Origin: Heptranchias perlo
Lineage: Eukaryota
Assembly: GCF_035084215.1 (NCBI RefSeq)
Contig: NW_027139559.1
Location: forward strand, 744,001 to 808,000
Length of the DNA stretch: 64,000 bases
Reading direction: 5' to 3'
Each line of letters starts with the position of its first letter. The stretch's first letter is position 1. The translations under genes and the position numbers were made by a program. The notes below the pieces were generated by a model that ran no database searches, had not been told where the DNA came from, and was given only the letters and a program-made list of their open reading frames with translations. Of this stretch, positions 58,501-64,000 are shown piece after piece.

Positions 58501-61060
58501 CATTTTCTTTTCTTTCTGGGTCACTGTGACGCATGCGCCGTTAATCCAGAGTCACAAATTTCAAGATTCGAACAGACAATATATTAAACGGTTCGGTACC
58601 GGTATTAATTTATCATTTTTTTATTTAATAAGGGATGATTTTAGAGGGGGGAAAGAATTCGTACTCAATATTTTCTTAAATTACGCGTTGAATTAATCCC
58701 TTGTTTGCAGCAAACTTTCCTCGCCCCAGAATTGTATAAATTCTTTGAATCAGAAATACTGTGTAACAGGAATATACTGGGCCGCCTCAGTGAGGAGAAT
58801 AACGGCACTGGGCTGGTTGTGTTCGAACTGTTTAAACTATCACACCCGTGAGATTCATAACTATTCAAATCAGCATCTTAAATGATCCATAGGTGCTAAG
58901 TTATATATTTTAAAACAGGCTTGTTTAGAGGTTCGTTATATATTTAAATATATGTTCGTTATATATTAAAATATATGTTCATTTTGACATTCGTTATGTA
59001 TATAAGCGTAGGTTCGTCATACATTTAAGCATAGGCTCGTTTTATTCTCGAGCAAAATCTCTTTTGGAAAAGATTATTATGTTTAAAACAAATAAACTGA
59101 CAGCGAACCTAACAGAACCTCCAAAAACAGCTTCAGCTATTGCCCTGTTCGTTTAAGGCCATTTTAACGAGAACACTAATTCTTCATATGTTCTATGAAA
59201 AAAATCTTAGTGATAATGTAGCAAGAGAGGTCACTTACCAGAGTTCACAGTCAGCACGGTGCCAGCTCCATCATAGTATTGGTAATAACCACAGTCATTC
59301 AGATCCCAGTAAGCCTCGTTCAAAAAGGGTCATTGAATCTAAGGTCCGTTAATAAATACACCAAAACACACGGCTCCAAGGACCTTTCCAATACACTGGA
59401 GTCATTAATCCAGCTTCATTTTCCGTCAGTTTCTGTCCATCCAGATATTTACTATGTGCAATGCGAACTCCTGTCGCACTGAAAAAGACAAGGCATTGAT
59501 TTAAGATCAGGGAATTCAGCTCGATTATAACCAAAGGTCGGATTGGAATTGATTTCAAACTCAATGCAGTAACAACCATAAGGTAGAAAGCACATTATGC
59601 AGACACCTTCACGAGTAGTAAAACAAATAACTGTTGGAGAGGTTTGTGCCGTGACCCGAGTCACTGTGTCACACCAGCAACACATCGCTTCAGATCAGCA
59701 CAAGAAATCCATTGGTACAAACATCACAGAAATCCCTTCAGATAGTCCGAGATATTGATTGAAAGTAATTCAAATCATTGCCTTTATTTTGGGATCCCAG
59801 TAGACGTTTAGAATTCTCAGTCGCTTATGCCAATCCTGGAGAAATATCAATGTTCCATTATGGATATGATTATAACATTTCCACAACAATCAACTAAATT
59901 AATAGACAAAAGGTCTTAACATATCGGCCAGTGTCTGACAGAGACAGTGAGTATTTGACGGTGAAGTTTTTAGCCATCTGGAGAATAACCTGTATTAACT
60001 TTGTATTAAGAGGTTTGGGTACAGTTTATGTGTTACGGGAATCCAAGATTCATTACTGTGGTATACCCAGCCACACAGTCACAGAGACCAGTGCAAAAAA
60101 GGTGCCATATGAATTAATACAAGAGCCTCAGGTCGAGACCCATACTGTAAACCACATTCCTGCCATAATACCTCTGATCAGCGATTTTTACATCCAGGAG
60201 TATTATCCATCCAAAATACTGAGTATCGACACTTCCTAATTAAGCAACAGATAAATACTGCTCCTTTTCCCATAACAAAGTATGCTGATAGTTTGTGCAT
60301 TACAGGAACCGTCTCCTCGATTGCTGTGGCTCCCATAGTACACAGTGGTACAGCCCAGTGCAAAAAAAAGGTTCACCTGCGTAACTGTAAGGAGAACAGC
60401 CGCGCTGCATATCCAACTGTCCCGTGCCGGGGTCTTTGCTGCGGACATTGTCACCAGTTATTTACAAACCTCCCCCAGTCTCAGACAGGAATCAGCGGCT
60501 GCACAGTGAAAGATTCGGTGAAAAAAGCGAAACGACCCGTATTTTCTTCTACGGGAGGTTAGAAGGTGTTTTTGTATTGGTGAAAGCTCAGACTCATTGC
60601 TGTGGCTCTGAGCTTTGCAGTAATAAGTCGCGCTGTCTTCAGCTGTCAGGTCGTTGATTCTCAGAGAAAAAGACTTTGCTCCCTTGTTGACTGATTCGAC
60701 AAATCGTCCGCTAATGGATATGCGAACCCAATCTTTTGTACCCGGATATTGCCGGAACCATCCTGTGGTGTGCAACCCACAGTTAGTATCGGTAAAGACG
60801 CAGTTGATTGTCAGGGATTCGCCTGCCTCTTTTGTGGCCGTTCTTGGTGTTTGGTCGACTCTTGCACCGAAGGCATCTGAATGGAGAAAAATATATTTAA
60901 TACATCGCGTCTCTGAAACAATACAAGAGTTAAAATCAAGGCAATTTCCACAATTTAGACGCAGCCGCTCAGTTTTATCCAATGAACATTTAATCTCTTT
61001 TAAAAAACTGCACTTACTCGGTAACCAGGCTAAAAGGACCGAAACCCAGAAAATATTCAT
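28565..61060 (-). CDS. IgNAR: IgNAR heavy-chain gene cluster in germline (unrearranged) configuration: L-V-D1-D2-D3-J-C1-C2-C3-C4-C5/Sec-TM1-TM2
   Basis: VNAR-type V domain lacking CDR2, three RSS-flanked D segments, J encoding [11 protein letters not shown], five Ig C1-set exons matching known shark IgNAR constant-domain motifs, tailpiece and CART-motif TM exon. All junctions GT-AG and phase-compatible; no stops or frameshifts seen in exons. Confidence 0.97.
30860..36200. mobile_element. Cluster of CR1 fragments in the TM1-TM2 intron (+ 30860-32220, + 32650-33710, - 33720-35110, + 35110-35485, older - to ~36200)
   Basis: ORF2 peptides ([34 protein letters not shown]) on both strands. Confidence 0.85.
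36365..36522 (-). CDS. IgNAR: IgNAR TM1 exon (acidic connecting peptide plus transmembrane helix [23 protein letters not shown])
   Basis: Acceptor ctattggttctag| (phase 1), donor AAG|GTAATA (phase 0); conserved antigen-receptor TM (CART) pattern F..LF.LS..YST..T. Confidence 0.93.
37976..38235. repeat. 62-bp phased degenerate tandem repeat (4 copies plus a partial)
   Basis: GAGATATCC at 37987, 38049, 38111 and 38173 (exact 62-bp period). Confidence 0.85.
38820..39280 (-). mobile_element. tRNA-derived DeuSINE/SacSINE1-like SINE with an L2-like tail
   Basis: Minus-strand B-box (GGTTCAAG) near 39230, Deu-domain-like core (AAAGATCCCATGG, GATGAGACG) and L2-like 3' tail. Family assignment from memory. 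Confidence 0.65.
39355..40490 (-). mobile_element. L2-clade LINE 3' fragment
   Basis: [15 protein letters not shown]...[12 protein letters not shown]...LNWLPV C-terminal ORF2 motifs and L2 3' tail. Confidence 0.9.
40784..40789 (-). terminator. Candidate polyA signal AATAAA for secreted IgNAR mRNA
   Basis: First AATAAA seen downstream of the secretory stop (~290 nt); another lies at 40546-40551. Confidence 0.55.
41075..41457 (-). CDS. IgNAR: IgNAR C5 exon plus secretory tailpiece ([20 protein letters not shown]); internal donor at 41137|41136 for the TM form
   Basis: Acceptor gttctctttccag|; internal TAC G|GTAAAC donor; tailpiece has an NVS sequon and penultimate Cys; TAA at 41075-41077. Confidence 0.95.
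41810..42510 (-). mobile_element. CR1 3' fragment in the C4-C5 intron
   Basis: [16 protein letters not shown] and [20 protein letters not shown] peptides. Confidence 0.85.
42585..42905 (-). CDS. IgNAR: IgNAR C4 exon ([21 protein letters not shown]...STRKVK) with an N-terminal Cys likely used for the interchain bond
   Basis: Acceptor ctcttctttccag|, donor G|GTAAGC, 321 nt, phase 1/1. Confidence 0.95.
43808..43878. mobile_element. 71-bp palindromic mini-element with CAC...GTG ends and 5-bp TSD TCCAA (MITE-like)
   Basis: 35-bp arms with one mismatch around a 1-nt centre; TCCAA at 43803-43807 and 43879-43883. Confidence 0.7.
47289..47606 (-). CDS. IgNAR: IgNAR C3 exon ([17 protein letters not shown]...TIRNLE)
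   Basis: Acceptor cttccgttacag|, donor G|GTACGG, 318 nt; the intron to C2 is only 76 bp. Confidence 0.95.
47683..47985 (-). CDS. IgNAR: IgNAR C2 exon ([24 protein letters not shown]...RIGKTR)
   Basis: Acceptor ttctcactgacag|, donor G|GTGAGT, 303 nt, phase 1/1. Confidence 0.95.
48562..48735 (+). mobile_element. Penelope-like fold-back (pLTR) element
   Basis: Inverted arms at 48562-48609 and 48652-48699; tail CATTTGTCCA...TCCATCACCGGCATCTCCACATC shared with 9443-9640. Confidence 0.8.
48612..48648 (+). ncRNA. Minimal type I hammerhead ribozyme motif
   Basis: UCAC-CUGACGA-A-GGAG(GUAAG)CUCC-GAAA-GCUU-GUGA: stem I UCAC:GUGA, intact core, stem II, palindromic AAGCUU stem III. Confidence 0.75.
49538..49855 (-). 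CDS. IgNAR: IgNAR C1 exon ([14 protein letters not shown]...KDIRKTS)
   Basis: Acceptor ttttctcag|, donor G|GTGAGA, 318 nt, phase 1/1, LVC-W-YSC C1-set motif. Confidence 0.95.
50900..51200. repeat. 50-bp tandem repeat (6 copies) derived from a CR1 segment
   Basis: AAAYAGTTT at 50931, 50981, 51031, 51081, 51131 and 51181. Confidence 0.88.
51260..52250 (+). mobile_element. L2 3' fragment containing an internal 71-73-bp tandem repeat (~51700-52035)
   Basis: Homologous to 39355-40490; CTCCAGCCCTACAA at 51734, 51807, 51878, 51949 and 52022. Confidence 0.87.
52260..54800 (-). mobile_element. Decayed CR1 fragments
   Basis: [27 protein letters not shown] and CEVVHF peptides. Confidence 0.8.
55125..56220 (+). 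mobile_element. CR1 3' fragment
   Basis: [29 protein letters not shown] peptide; (ATTCTATG)n tail. Confidence 0.9.
57130..57550. repeat. ~65-bp degenerate minisatellite (TATCTAACCCGTGCTGTACCTGCCCTGGGAGTGTTTGATGGGACAGTGTAGAGGGAGCTTTAC) in the J-C1 intron
   Basis: About 6 copies; TATCTAA recurs at 63-67-bp spacing. Confidence 0.85.
58214..58497. mobile_element. MITE with GGGGGTGAAATTGGTCTG terminal inverted repeats (Harbinger-like)
   Basis: Left end GGGGGTGAAATTGGTCTG; right end CAGATCAATTTCACCCCC; further subterminal inverted similarity. TSD not clean. Confidence 0.7.
58931..59042. repeat. ~22-23-bp AT-rich minisatellite (GTTCGTTATATATTTAAATATAT) just 3' of J
   Basis: 5-6 degenerate copies. 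Confidence 0.75.
59239..59289 (-). CDS. IgNAR: IgNAR J segment ([16 protein letters not shown]) with 23-RSS at 59290-59328
   Basis: GxGT motif; + strand CACAGTC-23-TCAAAAAGG; phase-1 donor G|GTAAGT at 59238. Confidence 0.95.
59669..59680 (-). other. IgNAR: IgNAR D3 segment TTGCTGGTGTGA (LLV*/CWC/AGV) with 5' 12-RSS (59681-59708) and 3' 12-RSS (59641-59668)
   Basis: Minus strand CACAGTG-12-GCACAAACC (near consensus); + strand CACATCG-12-ACAAGAAAT (degenerate). Confidence 0.87.
60061..60073 (-). other. IgNAR: IgNAR D2 segment TGGCTGGGTATAC (WLGI/GWVY/AGY) with 5' 12-RSS (60074-60101) and 3' 22-RSS (60023-60060)
   Basis: + strand CACAGTC-12-GCAAAAAAG; minus strand CACAGTA-22-ACATAAACT. Confidence 0.9.
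60329..60340 (-). other. IgNAR: IgNAR D1 segment TACTATGGGAGC (YYGS/TMG/LWE) with 5' 12-RSS (60341-60368) and 3' 23-RSS (60290-60328)
   Basis: + strand CACAGTG-12-GCAAAAAAA on one side; minus strand CACAGCA-23-GCACAAACT on the other. Confidence 0.92.
60567..60604 (-). other. V 3' recombination signal sequence (22-bp spacer)
   Basis: CACAGCA - 22 nt - ACAAAAACA on the minus strand directly after the V coding end. Confidence 0.92.
60605..60876 (-). CDS. IgNAR: VNAR exon (rest of leader NAFG, then [22 protein letters not shown]...YYCKAQS); type II-like with a CDR1 Cys
   Basis: Acceptor ttttctccattcag|. Canonical Cys, Trp (WFR) and YYC; CDR2 deleted; extra Cys in CDR1 (DTNCGL). Ends at an RSS heptamer. 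Confidence 0.96.
61018..61060 (-). CDS. IgNAR: IgNAR leader exon ([14 protein letters not shown] + 1 nt)
   Basis: ATG at 61060, hydrophobic signal peptide of the Ig[15 protein letters not shown] type, phase-1 donor A|GTAAGT at 61017. Confidence 0.95.
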
Positions 61061-61154
61061 TGTTTCTTCACCAGCAGTGAACACTTTAAACAGGGCCAAC
61101 TCCAGACCTCAACACCGACTGTGCTGTGTAACCGTGTGGATCTGAGCACCGTCC

Positions 61155-61161
61155 TTATAAA
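61155..61161 (-). promoter_or_regulatory. TATA-like box TTTATAA
   Basis: Minus strand reads ATTTATAAGG between the octamer and the ATG at 61060. Confidence 0.7.
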
Positions 61162-61179
61162 TCGCGAGAGCGTGAGCTT

Positions 61180-61187
61180 ATTTGCAT
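61180..61187 (-). promoter_or_regulatory. Ig octamer ATGCAAAT in the IgNAR V promoter
   Basis: ATTTGCAT on + equals ATGCAAAT on the coding strand, 18 bp upstream of the TATA-like box and 120 bp upstream of the leader ATG. Confidence 0.85.
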
Positions 61188-61774
61188 AGGGCAGAGTGAG
61201 AGACCATTTGCAGTGAGTATAGCTCGCGGTTTGTGATGGGTTGCATCATCTCCCCTATATCCATAGACAAACGAGTGAAATCTTCATCCAATTAACATGA
61301 GCAGATCAGTGGAGATATGGAGCACAGGCTTTATGGGAAATATTTTGGGATGTTTGCATCCATATGGATCTTGCTTCCATACTTCTCGCAGTGTAATAAT
61401 TTGGTGACACTTTAATGATATATTAATAATGATATCCGCGCTTATATGTCAGTTTAACACAGGAAAAGAAGCAAAATGCGCTCACTCAAATAATTACTAC
61501 TATATTTTTTTACGGTGACAAAAGGAGCGGCCGCCATGCGGTAACCACGAACCCCAAACTTCGCAGCGTCCACATTAATAGAACCGGACCTGCAGTTTGG
61601 TTTGTGATGTGGTCTCTTGACCTTTAATAATCCAGTTTGCAATGTACACGAACTTTATGAAAGCCTTTAACAAGTTAATACAGTGGAAAATATGTAAAGA
61701 TTAAGGATAGAAATAAGTAGAGCAGAGCAAACTGGATTAAAAGAGATTAGAAGAGAGGAAAAAGAGAGCTCGCG

Positions 61775-62940
61775 ATATTCAGAGTGGTTAGAAGTGGTTG
61801 GTGATATTCCACAGGATTCGGTTCAGAGAGCTCACTATATTCAGAGTGGTTGGAAGTGGGTAGTGATATCCCACAGAGAGCTCACTATATTCAGAGTGGT
61901 TGGAAGTGGGTAGTGATATCCCACAGAGAGCTCACTATATTCAGAGTGGGTGGAAGTTGGTAGTGATATCCCACAGAGAGCTCACTATATTCAGAGTGCT
62001 TGGAAGTGGTTGGTGATATTCCACAGGATTCGGTTCAGAGAGCTCACTATATTCAGAGTGGTTGGAAGTGGGTAGTGATATCCCACAGAGAGCTCACTCT
62101 ATTCAGAGTGGATGGAAGTGGGTAGTGATATCCCACAGGATTCGGTTCAGAGAGCATACTATATTCAGATTGGGTGAAAGTGGGTAGTAATATCCTACAG
62201 GATTCAGTTAAGAGAGCTCACTATATTCATAGTGGTTGCAAGTGGGTTGTGATATCCCACAGGATTCGGTTCAGAGAGCTCGCTATATTCAGAGTGGTTG
62301 GAAGAGGGTAGTGATATCCCGCATAATTCGGTTCAGAAATCTCACGATATTCAGAGTGGTTGGAAGTGGTTGGTGATATCCCACAAAATTCGGTTCAGAA
62401 AGCTCACGATATTCAGAGTGGTATGAAGTGGGTAGTGATATCCCACAGAGAGCTCACTATATCATTAGCTACATCATTAAATAAATTTAAAACAGAAATA
62501 GACAGTTTTTCTAGAAGTAAAGGGAATTAGGGGTTACGGGGAGCGGGCAGGAAATTGGACATGAATTTAGATTTGAGTTTAGGATCAGATCAGCCATGAT
62601 ATTATTGAATGGCGGAGCAGGCTCGAGGGGCCGATTGGCCTACTCCTGCTCTTATTTCTTATGTCCTTATGTTCTTATACTATTCAGAGTGGTTGGAAGT
62701 GGGTAGTAATATCCCACAGAGAGTTGACTATATGCAGAGTGGGTGGAAGTGGGTAGTGATATCCCAAAGGATTCGGTTCAGAGAGCTAGCTATATTCAGA
62801 GTGGTAGGAAGTGGGTAGTGATATCGCACAGAGAGCTCGCTATATTCAGAGTGGTAGGAAGTGGGTAGTGATATCGCACAGAGAGCTCGCTATATTTAGA
62901 GTGGTAGGAAGTGGGTAGTGATATCGCACAGAATTCGGTT
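61775..62940. repeat. 50/62-bp tandem repeat derived from a CR1 RT segment, interrupted by a CR1 3' fragment (~62461-62677)
   Basis: CTCACTAT at 61831, 61881, 61931, 61981 and 62043; the unit translates WLEVGS.IPQ.SV, like the CR1 SGVPQGSV motif. Confidence 0.88.
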
Positions 62941-64000
62941 CTGGAGACACTTCCATTCATCACGTACACCGATGATCGGGATCTAGGCCTGGGGAAAGTG
63001 GTATCGAAATTTGAACGTGATACCAAAATAGGAATATAGTTAATTATTTAGAGGACCAAAGGAACCTTCTCGAAGACAATTAGGGATGGGCAATGAATGC
63101 TGGCCTCGCCAGCGACGCCCACATCCCGTGAACGAATAAAAAAATAAATAAAAAATAAAATGGGAGAATGGGCTGAAAAGTGGCAGATAGAATTCAATAT
63201 CAGGAAGTGTGAGGTGATGCATTTTTAGAAAGAAAAGAGTAGCAATTATACTCTGAATGGAAGTAGACTCAGTGCTGTGTAAGAGCAGAGGGATTTCGGA
63301 TACGGGGTTCACAGGTCATTAAAGGCAGCACCTCAGGTTGATCAGGCTATAGAAAAGCTCATGGATTTCCAGGTTTATTATAAGAGGTACAGAATATAAA
63401 TGCCAATAGGTGATGATGAGCCGATATCAAACCTTAATAAGACCTCAGTTAGAGTACTGTGCGCAGTATTGGGCTCCACACGATAGGAATAATATTACAA
63501 CACAGACTGACTAGGATGCTGCTTCAATCCTGTGCGCAGTATTGGGCTCCACACGATAGGAAGAATATTACAACACAGACTGACTGGGATGCTGCTTCAA
63601 TACTGTGCGCAGTATTGGGCTCCACACGATAGGAAGAATATTACAACACAGACTGACTAGGATGCTGCTTCAATACTGTGCGCAGTATTGGGCTCCACAC
63701 TATAGGAAGAATATTACAACACAGACTGACTGGGATGCTGCTTCGTATGAGAAACATAAATATGAAGAATGATTGGAAAATTAGGTGTTTTTTCGCTCGA
63801 ACATCTTTGATTATGGGTCGATATAATAGAAGTGTTTAAAATGATGGAAGAATGGGACAGGGTAGATAGAAACATATTGTTTCCAGTGTTTGAGGGATCA
63901 AGACAAGAACCCACAGATAAACTATTAAATGTAAGAGATTTAGAACAGAGTGAAGGAGAAACTTCTTCACACAGCGGGCTGTGAGGCTGTGGAATTCACT
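62940..64000 (+). mobile_element. Decayed CR1 with an internal 73-bp tandem repeat (63455-63745) and an HE1-like tail insertion (~63055-63160)
   Basis: CR1 ORF2 C-terminal motifs; T(A/C)CTGTGCGCAG at 63455, 63528, 63601 and 63674. Confidence 0.85.

Noticed and set aside
59239-60876. NAR-TCR, IgW or IgM identity
   Set aside because: The J splices to five IgNAR-type C exons with a tailpiece and an Ig TM, with no TCR-delta V or C. The V lacks CDR2, which excludes IgM/IgW VH.
60458-61099. The 213-aa ORF as a single-exon gene starting MALFKV
   Set aside because: The start is TTG, not ATG, and the ORF is leader plus intron plus V plus RSS read-through.

Overview
Eukaryotic (cartilaginous fish) genomic DNA. 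The core is one complete, apparently intact, unrearranged IgNAR (shark heavy-chain-only antibody) gene cluster on the minus strand, about 28.1-61.2 kb. It comprises an octamer+TATA promoter, a leader exon, a type II-like VNAR exon with a 22-bp RSS, three RSS-flanked D segments (12/23, 12/22, 12/12), one J with a 23-RSS, constant exons C1-C5 with an IgM-like secretory tailpiece, TM1 and TM2. I read all splice junctions by hand; they are GT-AG and in frame. The V, J and C1 motifs resemble spiny-dogfish-type (squalomorph) IgNAR; this is an inference from memory, not a database result. The rest is dominated by decayed CR1 and L2 LINEs, SINEs, MITEs and several tandem repeats that appear to be seeded from LINE fragments. 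The most unusual items are: a 71-bp CAC...GTG palindrome with RSS heptamers and a 5-bp target-site duplication (Transib/RAG-like signature) in the C3-C4 intron; Penelope-type fold-back elements carrying minimal hammerhead ribozyme cores; a possible relic fourth D segment; RSS geometry that makes the only Cys-encoding D obligatory; a ~4.8-kb 49-bp G-skewed satellite 3' of the gene; and a phased 62-bp repeat in the C5-TM1 intron. Coordinates were counted manually and repeat boundaries are approximate.
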